A program made the translations under genes and the position numbers. Shown piece by piece: positions 27,936 to 42,751 of a stretch of DNA of 64,000 nt. Position 1 is the stretch's first letter, and the number at the start of each line of letters is the position of its first letter. The notes beneath the pieces are model-generated. The model had not been told where the DNA came from. It saw only the letters and a program-made list of their open reading frames with translations, and ran no database searches. The DNA comes from Octopus vulgaris (Eukaryota). The stretch is from contig OX597816.1 in the NCBI GenBank assembly GCA_951406725.2, forward strand, positions 86,676,001 to 86,740,000, in the 5' to 3' direction.

Positions 27936-28296
27936 GTGGAGCAGAAATAACGATATAATCAAAACTAGTTAAAGGATACACCTTTAAAAATGGATTTGTT
28001 TCATTGGTCTTTTCAAATAACGGTCTTAATCATGCAATGAACAAAATAAATGAATTCAGTATAAATTAATTCCTATGGTAAAATCCAAGAAAACCTTAAA
28101 TCGAAGATTAGATTCAAAATACATATTGTACATAATTATATACGAAATATATGTCAATTAATACATTAAAATTAAAATTAAAATTTTCACGCTGCATTGC
28201 ATAAATATTTTACAACAGTATATACCCATACTGGACCATCTGTAATATACATATATACATCAAAATAGACAGATGCATGCACATATTACATGCATA

Positions 28297-28707
28297 GGCG
28301 CAGGAGTGGCTGTGTGGTAAGTAGCTTGCTTACCAACCACATGGTTCCGGGTTCAGTCCCACTGCGTGGCACCTTGGGCAAGTGTCTTCTACTATAGCCT
28401 CGGGCCGACCAATGCCTTGTGAGTGGATTTGGTAGACGGAAATTGAAAGAAGCCTGTCGTATATATGTATGTATATATATATGTATGTGTGTGTATGTTT
28501 GTGTGTCTGTGTTTGTCCCCCTAGCATTGCTTGACAACCGATGCTGGTGTGTTTGCGTCCCCATAACTTAGCGGTTCGGCAAAAGAGACCGATAGAATAA
28601 GTACTGGGCTTACAAAGAATAAGTCCCGGGGTCGAGTTGCTCGATTAAAGGCGGTGCTCCAGCATGGCCGCAGTCAAATGACTGAAACAAGTAGAGGAGT
28701 AAAAGAG
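28297..28707 (+). mobile_element. Full-length tRNA-derived SINE family A (reference copy)
   Basis: A box TGGCTGTGTGG, B box GGTTCAGTCCC, body accttgggcaagtgtc..., internal TA/TG microsatellite, tail ...aaacaagtagaggagtaaaagag. Approximate TSD acatattacatgcata / acatatacatgcgta. More than ten related copies or fragments occur in the window. Confidence 0.92.
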
Positions 28708-28892
28708 TACATATACATGCGTATATTTATGTAAGACTTAAATATACGCACAAATACACGTATACATATATGCACGTAATAATGCCCTCGTACAAAAATC
28801 TCTTGGTGTATACATATAGAAGTGAGTTATAACAGACAAGAGAGATAGGAAGTGTATCTTAGACGTAGGGAGGGGGAAAGAAAAAGAAAATA

Positions 28893-28972
28893 AGAACTCA
28901 GAACGTAAAAATCAGTGGAAACGCCTATAGGCAATTTGCCCGCCGTGCGAACGATTCTGCCAGCTCGCCGCT
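28893..28972 (-). mobile_element. 5' head fragment of SINE family B
   Basis: gaactcagaacgt...gcccgccgtgcgaacgattctgccagctcgccgc matches the heads at ~44100 and ~57050. Confidence 0.7.
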
Positions 28973-29619
28973 TAATTCTTATTTTATAAATATGACACAA
29001 TTTTACTCCTTTTGTATATGTTGATTTCTTTTTTTTTTTAATCTAAATTCCATCAGTCTGTTTTAGAATGTAATTCCCGGCAACTTTTACAATGTTGTTC
29101 CGTCCAACCAATTCACACGAAAATGGTACGACAGGAGCTCCATAAAAATACGTCATAATGAGATAGCTAAAGTAAAACTTCACGCATGTTTCTTCAGGGA
29201 AAAATATGCTTTGGTAAAATATTTTGCTGATTTACTTAATTACTCTAATTGAATATTTTTTGCATAACATTTTTAATTATCTACTGCATCGCTCATGAAT
29301 TTAGAATATATTAACCTTTCCTTCCAGGAGCTAAAACATAAATTACGAAAGAATTTAAGCTGGCTTATGAACGTATCCTGAATGAATTATACACCTATAA
29401 ATTTAAGCAAAATTTCAGCTACATACTTTTAAAAGTGTGATTGGAATAAATAGACATTAACTTATATATGAATTGCAATACACACACACAACTTGGAACT
29501 CTAAGGACGTGTAAAGATCCACAAAAAGCAGAAATCTGCAGGTATTGGTGGTCCAAAACAGAGGTGCAATCTATGTGGGTGTCTTTGCAGAAAATTGTCT
29601 CGTTTAAAAGCCATATCAG

Positions 29620-30273
29620 ACTAGCTGAGGTACCCGGTAATAAATAACTGTTAAGATGTCTGTTTATAGCCATGAAACATTTTTCGTCAAATTTCGACAT
29701 TTTTCAGAAATTCAAAATCTATGTTAATGGGTAGGACCAATTTGACGGAAAAATCAGCAGAGTGTGATAAGGGAACCTGTGTCACCGTCATTTTTGTGCA
29801 TGTGCTTAAAATGGCGAAATTTCAGACTTTGTGGTAGATTTCGTCAAATTGATGTCACGACAGCTAGTGTGCAAAATGCCTAAATTTTGTTTGAGAAATA
29901 AAATGCTCTTACCTAATAAAACCTGAAACGCTATGGAATTAAAACAACGAATTGAAATAATATGTTTTAGCAAATCAAAACAATTCGCATTAAAATGTAG
30001 ATTTAGCAAATGCTAAATAGATTTCAGCTAATAAGTTGTCTGTTTACAACCATGAAATTGTCAAATTGATGTCAAAATGGCTGGTGAGAAATACCGAAAT
30101 TTTACGATATTTGAAAAATCGATGATGATTAAAAATCGATTTTTAAAAAAAATTCCAAGTGCGTAAGTGACCGCATGGGCACAAGCTCCACATAAGTGTC
30201 AAGTTTCATCAAGGTCTGTTGGATTGTCCCGGAGGAGTTAAAGTAACAAATTCACAAACGCAAACTTGCCATC

Positions 30274-30275
<2 letters not shown>
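29620..30275 (+). mobile_element. Probable non-autonomous Helitron/Helentron-like (HINE-type) element
   Basis: Internal repeats (gtcaaattgatgtca; gtttatagccatgaaa / gtttacaaccatgaaa) and a 3' end caagtttcatcaa...ggaggagtt...acaaac...tattat of the style seen in such elements. Family assignment is from resemblance only. Confidence 0.4.
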
Positions 30276-30354
<79 letters not shown>

Positions 30355-31082
30355 TATAATATACATGCATACACAGATATATACTACACACACACACATA
30401 TATATATATTTATACTATTAAGGTGGCTTTTCGCAATTTACAGCCGAAAAACAAAAAGTATAGTCGTCAGCTCCACCATTGCTAGGAATAAGAGTCAAAA
30501 CAACTTTTAGCTATATGAGATATATAAAATAAGATATATACAGACGCACACTCAAACACCAGAACCGCTATAAAAGGAAACACTATATTTCAAGGGAGGT
30601 TTCAATGACGAGAAATAGACACAAGCTCATTTTTAAGATAGCAAACATCACTTTTACTAGAGTTCTGATCGTGGAAGCTAATGAAAAGTAGTTGCAGCCT
30701 ACGAAATATTCAATTAATTAATAATAACCCTGAAAAAGATTTTCAGAATAAGTCTTCCCTCAAAGCACGTTAACAACTTGCACATTAAGAAAGTACATTT
30801 GGGCAATATAGACTTAGGTAATCAAAAGACGTGATGGTCACTCATGAAACGTCTTTGATTACAGTTCTGTTCAATCAGTGCTGAATCGTGACGGGGGATT
30901 TAAAGTGCAACAACTTGATTAATTCGACCTTTAAACGGTGCAATCGAATCATTTTTTTTACTTTATTCATTTTTGTTCATACACACACACACACACACAC
31001 ACTTTCACTTTCACTCTCTCTCTCGCTTTCCCTCTCTTTCCTTCTTTTTCTCATTTTATACGTACGCACATATTCATATATG

Positions 31083-31120
<38 letters not shown>

Positions 31121-32453
31121 TAGCTACATGTATGTGAATATGTGAATGTTTATGTTTTGTGTGTATGTGTGCGTATGTGTGTGTGGTTTTATTTGTTTAT
31201 TTCGTATTTTGAATGGAAGTATCTGATGAATTGCCTCTGTCATCATAGAAAACGATTGGTTTCTGTCTCAGTGATATTCAACAACTATAAAAGTATTGAT
31301 AGTATTCATTGTTGAACGCAAATAAAAGTCGGAATGTTTTATGGTTAAAATCAAATATAAATGTCAAAGAGGAATAAATCTAAAAGTTAACACACCATTA
31401 TTGAAATATTTCTGCACAAACTAAAAATGGCTTCGTAACGGCCCAATAAACATGGTATCGATCTCTCTATCTCACCTCTTGCAGTCTCATGATTTTCTGT
31501 AATTTCGTGTTAACTCGGCGGCGTGTTATTTGTTTATTCTTGTCGATTGGGAAAAACACAGATGGCTGAGTTGTTAGCCTTCTCTGATTCATTCAAAGTT
31601 GTCGAAGGTTCGTGCTCTACAGCTGACAATGCGCAGTTTTATTGTTTTTATTGCCGATACGTATTCTTCCTAATAGCTAATCCTATTGATCAGTAAAGTA
31701 GTAATACAAAGAAAGCAATAAACAATTATCCTAGAAATAGAAGTCAAATGTCCATCAAAATCACGCCTCACTGTCTTTTGGGAAATGAAGAACACCTAAT
31801 AATATACACCTAGGTGCACTGTGGCTGGGGAAAATATGGATAGTCACGCTTGAAATAAGTCTAATTGTAGCTCATGTCTTTCAGAAATCGCCTTGAGGAA
31901 GATATCATCGTCATCATAATCATCATCATATAACAATAGTAACAGACAATAGCTTACGAGAAAACTAGGTCTGTTGATTGCTGTGTAGCCAAATCTTCAC
32001 GAAACTTTCTAATGTTTTATTAAACTAAGTTAGGAACCTCGGACAATATAGTTTTAGTTGACCCTCAATTGGTGGGAATTCCACAACTGAAGTGTCACTG
32101 ATCGTCACATCATAAATATGTGATGAGTCAGATCTATTCCAATTATGTCACAACTCTAATACTACAGACAATGATTTTGTAGTACTTACTACAGCAGCCG
32201 TTGCCTTTAGAATTTGAAACAGCAATCAGATATCACTCTTACAAGAACTGTTCTTTAAATAGTATAGATATTTACCAATGTAGATTTTTATATTCAAGAA
32301 TGCCTTTAATTACAAGGCTGCTTAATGAGAGCCGACCAAGGACTAAACAACATCCGATATATAATTCCGGACCTATGTAAGGATCTGATGATTGAACGAT
32401 CAACTTATGTGAAATAGTAACCTGTTCTCCTCACAAAGGAGGTAATATTTTAT

Positions 32454-32740
32454 GTTTTCCTTCTCGAGCCATGCCTGGCACAAAAGGGCCGGTTTCCCGG
32501 TTTCCTTGGCGTGTAGGTACCCTACCTGGACGGGACGCCGGTCCGTCGCAGGTGAGCTGCAAGATGCAGGAGTGAAAGTTGTGGCGAAAGAGTCAGCAGA
32601 AATTCGCCATTACCTTCTGCCGGAACTGCGTGGAGCTTAGGCGTTCCGCTCATAAACACACATCGCTCGGTCTGAGATTTGAACCTGCGATCCCTCAAAT
32701 GCGAGTCCGCTGCTCTAACCACTAGGCCATGTGCCTCCAC
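32454..32740 (-). mobile_element. Full-length tRNA-derived SINE (family C) with a V-SINE-like domain
   Basis: Head ggaggcacaTGGCCTAGTGGttagagc...GGTTCAAATCT; V-like cctgcgacggaccggcgtcccgtccagg; perfect 10-bp TSD aatattttat at 32444-32453 and 32741-32750. Confidence 0.9.
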
Positions 32741-33159
32741 AATATTTTATATACCCCTGAATACACTCTTTTAGGTCATGCTGAATAGCTTTTCTTTATG
32801 GGCCTTCTCAGAGAGTGTTAATATGATATTCAACAATAGCAACAACATTAGACTGCAATAAAGAATGTAATCGCATAACTCTATAGCCACAATCAGTGCC
32901 ACGTCTCTGTTTTTATTCTCTGTAACTGTTTCTAACATATTTATCAGAAAAAAACGGTAAATTAATTTAGGATGGAGTTACACTAATTATCAAAGCTCAG
33001 AAGAAAAATCGATTACTAGTTTACAAGTTTGATTCATATTCATATAATAATCTCCTCTATTAGGCTTTAATACTTGACCATCTATATCTTTTTACTCAAC
33101 TGTGTTCTGTGCTTTGTATTTTGCTATTTTTCTTCTTAGTCTGCATGTATACACAGAAC

Positions 33160-33220
<61 letters not shown>

Positions 33221-33387
33221 CATGAATCTATGTATTGTTTTTATCACGAAGTATGCATTGTTATGTGATATCCTTGGTTTTCTTAAATGATATAATTAAG
33301 GGAATCTGTAAATGTCCCAGTGATTAACTGAACACTGTTGACGTTCTCAGCTTGCAGGATTACATCTTAATCTCATCCCTTTTGGTT

Positions 33388-33577
<190 letters not shown>

Positions 33578-36500
33578 TCAATTTTAGAAGGGATTAAATT
33601 GCTTGCTGCATTTTAAGGATGTAGTGGTGTTCAGTAGTTTAGTATTTGCTTAGCAACGAAAATGAAGCAAAGTTAAACTGCTAATCAAAACCATGTTCCG
33701 GTTTGACTTTGCCTGAGCACAATTTCCTCCGCGCCAACCGTTACAATAATGTTACTTTGACAAAAGAGCTGCAGATTTATCACAATCACAAAATGTGTGT
33801 GTTTGTGTATGAGTGTGAGTGTGTGTGTGTATGTGCGTGCGTGTGTATTTGTGTATGTGTATGTTTCGTTCAATGACACAGAGAAAGAATAGTGTTTGTT
33901 ACACAAGTAAAAAGTCAATGAATAGAATTTGAAACTATAATAAAAACCAGTAAAGCGTAATATTACTACAGTCAACGAGAAACGCTTTCTGTGATATCGT
34001 TATATATAAACGACTCTCGATACATACTACTGTATTAATTCTGGAAGGTTATATGGCTATCAGCGATTGTCTGAAATCTGACATATTAATGAGACACAGA
34101 AAATATAAAACGAACATGGTTTGAAGGAGAATGGTCGGGGGTAAGTAATGTGGCAGCAAATTTAATCTGAAACTAAATATAAAATTGATATAGAGCTTAA
34201 AGGTCTTTGCACAGTTAAATTTCTTCCATATTTATTTACTTATTTTGTGTATAGGTTTGTAATTTTCTATAGTAATTATTTGAAAAAAGATTCGTATTAC
34301 AAATCGTGATTTATTTATGTTATTGTGTCAGAATAAATTAAAGAATTAATGGTTCAATACAGAATATGTCAATTCGAATATAAAAAAATGTAGCGCTGTA
34401 TGTATTTAATGACAACGAATTTACTCGACAGCAGGCTGTAAGATTTGTTGATAAATTTATTTACGTCGGCATCGCGTATAATGCAGATTCTTGTTGTAAA
34501 AAATATAAAACATTCGCCATCTATCATTATAACTATTCTAGTACGAAACTGAATACGTCGTAGTAACCTGCTAGAAATAGCAGGAAAATCCCCTTCAAAT
34601 CACGAAATTAAACTGCACCGCCTTAAAAAAGAAAAGCGAGAACATCGTAGACAATTCAGTCTTGGATATATTTTGTCAAGAACAGGTTATCAAATTTAAA
34701 TGTCTTTTGTTCATAGGTCTACTCGTTCAGATTTAGTTTTAAACAAATATAAACACTTCCCTCGGATAGTGTTTTGGATCACAGATCGACATTCTTATCA
34801 GGAAAAACAACATTGTCTTCTGTTTCATAATGATAGAGTTACTGACTGACATAATCACTCCGCTATTTCGTAGAATTGCTGCAGCTTCAACCTATCTTTG
34901 CAGCTACTACTACACTCGTCTCTATTATTTGCAGTCGGCTGATTTCGTTTCACTCGTCTCTTCTCCTCTTGTAACCTATAGTATTTCTTTGCCTTCACAA
35001 GTTCTGGCAAATATCACTAACCACAATTTTTTTTTTCCAAATTAAAAGTCTTCTAAAATTTTCTCGCTGTTCTTGTTTTCCGCTCCAGTCGTCGACTTCC
35101 AGTTGATAGAGAACATAAACCACATCAACCAAATCAGTCTCGATGATTCTAAAATCCATTTGCATAACCCCTTTCAATTGACGATAAATTAAAAAATATT
35201 TTTTTAAATATAAAACAAAAAATAAAACAGTTTTATTAGATCTGATTGCAGGATAAACAGATGAATTAGAAAAAAAGGTAGTTCTACCGAGATAACTTCT
35301 CAGAGACGACAGAAGGATTTCAATATGTATTGAAAACTAGCGCAACATTTGATAATTAGGCAATCACTGTTTTTCATTGAGTTGTAAATTTTCACCACAT
35401 GGGACATATATATGTCAACGAATATAAAATATTTCGCATTGGACACTGTGCACGGCCGTAAAATAGACAATAAGCATCGACTTCTTACTTGATACACAGG
35501 GAATTATCCAGTCGTTTCGGTCGGCTGCGATTTCCATTACGTAAAGTGAGTTACAGTGAATACTGCAAGTCGGTTAAATAAGCAATACGTGGCATCTCAA
35601 AGCGATTCTAAATTGACGAACCATGAGATGATAGTCCAATACCATATCTACTCGGATATTTCACATTCCCATTAGTTATATTACAAATAAATTTAATCTA
35701 ATGTATTGTCTGTATAATTAATCACAGTATATTTGGCGAAACACTTACTTTAAAAGCTATCTCCTGTAAACTGTCTTATGCACACACATGCTTAGGCTGT
35801 CTCTCATATACATGCATTTATGTATGTGTGTGTGTGAGAGAGAATATCTACATACTGGTGGATGTGGGCTTGTTTATATATATTTACAAACACGCTGATG
35901 TGCCTACATATACAGCGTGTGAGTGTGTATGGTTTGTGTGTGGTGTGTTCGTACGTGTATGCTCATCAAATATCAGTTCGTTGTTTTCCTCTCGACGTCA
36001 ATACTATTAAATGCTATTTTCTTTTGTTGTCTTCGCATTTTAAGTGTTGTTTCTGTTGAACATCGTAGAAAACGGTGCCAATCGAGTTCAGCTTGCTAGT
36101 AAGAATTCCTTCATAACTCATTACTAATAGCTTTGGGAAGACAAAGAAAACACAATTCAGCACAAGAATCTCAAAATTGTCTTCTCGAATTCATTATATT
36201 ATTTTTTTATTTCTTCCCTTATTTATTTGTTTAATCATTTATTTATTTTTACCGTCTTGTCACTGAGACTTTTGTCTTTCTAATATTCTTATGTGTGAAT
36301 GATTGTTTATACTGATGATTTATCTATGATTAACTATTTTATCTGTGATGCCTTTCGCCTCTGGGGGTTGCCACTTTACATGATCTTATCATTGTAATAT
36401 TTTGTATAACAGTTTGTGTTAGTCTCCCCCAACACACCATTTGATTGGCAGTGCTATTTTGTTAAGTCTTTTCTAAATTTTTCAACTCTTTTATTAATCT

Positions 36501-37657
36501 CTCGTCTTTTACTTTATATTTATGTATATATTTATTTGTTAATCTCTTAAATTTCTATTCATCAACCCGCCTATATGAGCGTCGATAACATTTTGCTATC
36601 CTAATGGCTCTTTACTATTTATTTTTATAATATTACGTAGCTTTAGTCTAAGTTATTATTATTGTTTTTATTATAATTATTATTGGTTATCATTATTTTT
36701 GTTCCAGCAGTTCTTATTAATTTCTTAATCTTCGTAGACACTACGATCAAACTATATTATTTTTATCAATAATAGCGTCGAAATTCAAATGCTATTGCTT
36801 TGGTTACAAATATTCAGACGTATTTCAGAAGGTAAAATGCACTTAAACTGTTTTAATTGCTAAACTTAACCAACATTTTTCAAGAAAATCTCAGAAGGAA
36901 AATTCGTGCAATTTTCTTGTTGTAATTTCTTTTCTTAAATGAGGTTATCTTTTCATAGAATGCAATCGAAACCCCATTAACAGATGATTATAATGAAGCG
37001 AAATTTTTAATTGAAACAGAATCGCTTTTGATTCCTCAGTGCCATTAGTATCACTTCTTTATTCTACGAGATATAACGTATTTTTTCTTGTTTTTTTAGT
37101 ATTTCTTATTTTAAGTTCCTCCTCTCTTCTTCCTTGGTGTTTCTTCTTAATTTCTTCTTGTTCGTTGTTTCTCTTATCGTTGTTTTTAATATTTTTGCAG
37201 AAATGTGTCTATTTACAGCACAGCAAGAATTGAAAACGGAAGCAGAATCTACAAATTAATGAACACAGGAAGGAAGAAGTGATGCACATTTAAACTTTAA
37301 GAGAGAGAAGAGGAGGGTGTAATCAAAGATTTTTAACCAGCTTGTTTGATAACGTTTGTGAACGTAAATTACTGAACTGCTCCGTTGGATATAACGCTTA
37401 TTTAATTTCGGACTCTTTACTTTCAATTTCAATGTCAAATGTTTTAGACAAATTCTCTTTATAGCTACAAAAATTTCGACTTTTTCTCAATTTTCCTCTT
37501 GGTTTGGTTGACTTCATCTGCGGTTTCTCATCATCGCTGTTGTGAAAATGTTCAATTTATACACAAATTATTGCAATATTTTATTATATTTTTCAATCAG
37601 TCTATTTGCTTGATTTCAAATTTGAAAATTTGCTTTAAAAATTAACTGTCTTAAACA

Positions 37658-37711
37658 ATGGCGTGCGTTTTATTAGTTAGTGCACGTGCCATACCTGGCC
37701 CTTCAAGACCG
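37658..37711 (+). CDS. Possible first coding micro-exon of an unidentified host gene (MACVLLVSARAIPGPSRP)
   Basis: aaacaATGGCG start context, 18 open GC-richer codons and a CG|GTAAGA donor, inside a ~4.5-kb stretch nearly free of SINEs and long microsatellites. No downstream exon identified and no homology recognised. Confidence 0.25.
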
Positions 37712-38897
37712 GTAAGATTAATACTATTATCATATAGCTAAAAGTTTTGTAAATCGATAATTGTGTGAAAGAATTGTATAGGAAAGGAATTCCTAGAGAT
37801 TTTCAATCTAAAGTGGGTGGGATTTGGCGTAATATTGAGAACAGATATTAATGACACTCGTGTTACATGGGAGTAGGATAGAGGAAAAAAGGTGACATCT
37901 CGAGTTGAGGTAGCAACTCCGAGGAGCAGAGGTCAGTGCAGCAACGAGAGAAAAAGTAAAGAGTGAAGAGAGGTGTCGTAACAGTCTATGGTATGGCTAT
38001 GAGTTACTTCAAGCCAATCAGTATTGTGGTTCGGTTTACAATTTTCACGTCCGTGTAGCGTTAGCACTGTCCTAGTTGTTGTATTAGTAACCTGTTGTAG
38101 AACTTTCTTCATCTTTGAGAGTATCACACTAATTGTTATGGGAGGAAATATTTCTTAGCCTCAAATATAGTCTCTAAATCTAAGTTTACCGCTAAAACAA
38201 AAAAATTATACGAGTTTCTTTAGCAAAAGTGGTGGATTGAGACACAAAAGAATTTGTGATATTTATTTACATCTCTGTATGAGTGGATTCCATATCCTTT
38301 TAGCATCAGCTTTGATCTTCATATCTCCTGGCTCGGTAACATAAAACTGCTATCAATTTCACCGTGTGCCATTGTTTTATCTAGATTTGTTACGAGAAAC
38401 AATAGAACGTTACCAAACATTAAGAGGCAAACAGGAATTATCATAAATCCAATTAAAATTACTGTATTCTTAAAACTTACCGTAGGCAGGGGGCCTCACA
38501 AAAATTTATGCATAAAAGAAACGATATAAAAATAAAGAAATCACAGATATATTGCATGAATGATAAGGTTAAAATTTACAAAACAGAAATTGAACAAATA
38601 AAATTCAAATGGTATAGAACGTTATATAAATCATACACACAGACAGACACACATACATATATATGTATGTATATATGTATGTATGTATGTATGGATGGAT
38701 GGATGGATGGATGGATGGATGGATGGATGGATGGATGGATGGATGGATGGATGGGTGGATGGATACCAATAGGTACTTTTTATCCCCAAACGCGCATGTT
38801 CTATTGGAACAAATTCTTCTGCGATAGTTAAAGCAATGTTAAAATCACATGATCTCTGCACTGGAGTTTGCGGCCATTTATCTTCCCGCTAACAACA

Positions 38898-39128
38898 CAG
38901 GGTTGGCCAAATGCCGCCTGACAATAAATCAAACCCATTTAATTCCAAGATTTAAAAAAAAAATTGTTTTATGAGACTTCACTAATAAATAGACAAATGC
39001 TGATAAAAAACGGTAATTTTAACACACAGCGTTCAATGATTAAACATTTATAATTGGAATAAATAAATAAAATTGGATATTATTTATGGAATTTTGATTT
39101 ACTGTCGGGTGATTTATGGCCAGCACTG
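38898..39128. mobile_element. Tc1/mariner-type MITE
   Basis: ~35-bp imperfect TIRs: cagggttggccaaatgccgcctgacaataaatcaaa versus reverse complement cagtgctggccataaatcacccgacagtaaatcaaa. The TA TSD is not clean. Confidence 0.6.
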
Positions 39129-39390
39129 TGTAAACAACACTGCATTATTTACGAAACAGCTGATATGATACTTTCTCTCGTGATAACTAGCGCACTATAG
39201 CTGTTCCAATAGAACATCTACGCTTAACTAGGGGTCTTTTTTGCATCTGTCGCTGAAATATATTTTAACAAGTTACGTATATATAGATATATTATTTTAT
39301 TATTTCATTATTTTATTTGTTTCAGTCATTTGACTGCTGCTATGCTATGTAAATAATATGCTTGTGAATAATATGCTTGTGAATAATATG

Positions 39391-39650
39391 CTTGTGAGTG
39401 GGTTTGGTAGACGGAAGCTATATATATATGTGTGTGAGTGTGCGTTTGTGTGTCTGTGTTTGTCCCCCTAGCATTGCTTGACAACCGATGCTGGTGTGTT
39501 TACGTAGCCGTCACTTAGCGGTTCGGCAAAAGCACTCGATAGAATTAGTACTGGGTTTACAAAGAATAAGTCATGGGGTCGTTTTGCTCGAATCAAGGCG
39601 GTGCCCCAGCATGGCCGCAGTCAAATGACTGAAACAAGTAAAAGAGAGAG
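39391..39650 (+). mobile_element. 5'-truncated SINE family A, preceded by a 15-bp triplication and an inverted piece of the SINE tail
   Basis: Matches ~28395-28707. (tgtgaataatatgct)x3 at 39348-39392; inverted tail ttgtttcagtcatttgactgc at ~39317-39345. Confidence 0.85.
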
Positions 39651-39669
39651 TATATATATATATATATAT

Positions 39670-39712
<43 letters not shown>

Positions 39713-39860
39713 TAGTTGAATGAATTATCCTAGTATGGATAATTCGGTTAACCGATACCCGGGTAGCAAATTCACGTCAGAAAACACGATTGAAGCTACA
39801 TGCCACGGGCAGAAATCACGTGCTTTCGTGTGGAAATTTGAGTGTTTTTTGTGTGTTTCA

Positions 39861-39933
<73 letters not shown>

Positions 39934-40429
39934 ACAAGACCTCCCATAACTATCAGCCCTATGTGAAGTGTCATCACAGCATAAGAAGATTACCAATGAA
40001 GATATTCAAGCAATATCAATATATGTAGTAGTATAAGCAACCAAACCAACATAAACCTTGAACCCTTTACGAAATTTAAAGAAAACTCAGAATAACAAAG
40101 CCTAAAGATATTTTTAAAAATCAACAGAGAATAAGTATGAGAATGTATTCCCATTGTCAGCTGCTTAGCGGATAGTGCTATGGTTTCTTTACTCGTACAG
40201 TACCATTCATTCTGGTGGTGTCCCAGAGCGTTACACAAATAAGCACTGCAGGAATTAAACAGCATACGTATTACTTCTACACTGGCTTATACGTATATGT
40301 GCATATGCACGTGCGTATATGCATGTGTGTGTGTTTATGTGTATGTGTGCTTGACTGTGTGTTTTGAAGTGCCGCCATGACAAATGTACAACATTAACAT
40401 GATGATAACATAATTATCATCAACTTCGT

Positions 40430-40548
40430 GATCTTTATCTTCTTCGTAGTCTTCAATTTTTACGTCATCGACTTCATCAAGATCATCCCCGTAATTTTCA
40501 TCACGATCATCATCGTCATTATCATCATCATCAATATCATCATCATCG

Positions 40549-40607
<59 letters not shown>

Positions 40608-41157
40608 TCATCATCGTAATCACCATCGTCGTCATGAACATCACCAGTTCTCGTTATACTTATCATGATTCTTATCTTCTTTAAGAAACATAAAAATAAT
40701 GCTTTCGTATCGAAAATACAATGACTCTGTAGGCTGAGTTAGATGACGTAGTGGCAGCAGTAATAGTAACATTGTTGTTGTTGTTGTTGTGTTGGTGGTG
40801 GTGGTGGTGGTGGTGGTGGTGGTGCTGTGGTGGTGGTAATTTTAGCTGTATAAGAAATAGTTGATGTTTGTCACACAGAATTACTGCTACTGCTGCTGCT
40901 CCTGCTACTATTAATTCTGTTACCACTACTGATATTACTACTACTAACAGAAGCACTGCTGCTACTGCCACCGCTATCACCGCCAACGCTGACGTCGTTG
41001 CTGTTGTTGCGTCTATTATTCCTGCTACTTTTTTCTTCTACTACTACTACTACTACTACTACTGCTGTTGCTGCTACTAACTACTACTACTACTACTGCT
41101 ACTACTACTACTACTACTACTGCTACTACTACTACTACTACTACGACTACGACTACG

Positions 41158-41210
<53 letters not shown>

Positions 41211-41340
41211 CGGTGCTGCTTCTTTGGCTGCTGCTGTTTCTGCTACTACTATCACTACCACTGCAGCTAGCTATATGGCTGCTGCTGTTGCTGCTGTTGC
41301 TGCTGTTGCTACTGCTTCTGTTGCTACTATTACTACCACA
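40430..41340. repeat. Long compound trinucleotide low-complexity tract (ATC, TTG, TGG, CTG, CTA)
   Basis: Directly visible. It explains the poly-M/H/T/V/Y ORFs. Confidence 0.9.
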
Positions 41341-41846
41341 AATGCTTTAGCTAAAGAATGCGGAAGTGAAGGAAAAAGGAACTTCACAACAACAATAACA
41401 AAACAATACGAAGGAAAACAATGATAATAATAACAGTAAGAAACCGAAATGAACAGATAACAACAGAAATAACTGCGATATTCAGCATAACAAAACGCAA
41501 AAATATAATCGAGCCGAAATAGAAAGAAAGATGAAAGAAAACTGAAAGAACGAGCGAGGATAACAAGAAGACAAAGAAGGACAAGTAAAAAGAATGAAGA
41601 AAACAAAAAGAAAAACGAAAATGGAAAAAGAAAACAATTGAATAGAGAAGAAAAGGTAAAAAATAAACGATATGTAAAATGGCTGCCAAATTCGCTCATT
41701 ATCGCTTCCATTTATAGACAAGCTTTGTTCTTTTTAAGATGCTTCATGACTAAGGCGCCATGTTTTATGTTAGCAGATTTTGTTATTGCAAATCTTTCTC
41801 TCTATATCACTCGCTCTGTCACTCTTCCACACCCCTATACGTTCAT

Positions 41847-41881
<35 letters not shown>

Positions 41882-42192
41882 CTCTCCTACCTACCCTGTC
41901 ATCCTCTCCTACCTTCTCTCTCATTCAATATTTATTTACATATTTTACTTATATATATTTATCTAATGCAAAGCAGAATGCTGTTGTGGAATTCGTTGTT
42001 TATCACTTTCAATTGTTTACATGTAAGAAAAACAAAAATTCAGATCTTTCTCGAAATAAAATAAAATGTTTTCTTGTTCGTTTTTTTCTTTATTTTATAG
42101 TAATCACTTTTGTTATCAATCTTATGATTATTACTGTGATTTCTACTGCTATTACTACTAATTCTTCAAATGCTACTCCTATTAATAAAAAG

Positions 42193-42251
<59 letters not shown>

Positions 42252-42562
42252 TTTTTTTATTATTATTATTATTTTTAATAATCGTATGTGGTGCTTCAGT
42301 TTTGTTTCTTGGATATTGCGCTCGTTGTTTGTGAATTTGATGACTGTTTTGGTACAATGCGTTTTCTTTGATAAACCACTTTCATACATTCTTTGCGTAT
42401 TGTTGTTGATTCTTTTATTTGCCGTTTGATTTATTTCAACATGTGCTACTTTTACGCTTAGTTAACTGTGTGAAGCTTGATCTTTCCTAATGTATGAATG
42501 TACGTATGAGCGTATGTATTTATGTATGAATGCATGCTTATATGTATATATGCACGTATGTA

Positions 42563-42594
<32 letters not shown>

Positions 42595-42751
42595 CGTATA
42601 TATATGTGTGTATATGTGTATGTATGTATATATATATATACACACACACACAACCACCACACACACACAGAGTCGTATACGTATATTCAAAGAGATATGT
42701 AAATATGCAGAAATACAAATGTATATATATATATATATATATATATTCGTT

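Noticed and set aside
32670-32740. Functional tRNA genes at SINE heads (also ~28297-28365 and ~57240-57310)
   Set aside because: They have A/B boxes but continue into SINE bodies, are multi-copy with TSDs, and show no complete cloverleaf.
41638-42429. 263-aa ORF
   Set aside because: Low-complexity T-rich sequence including (CT)n and (ATT)n; no recognisable domain.
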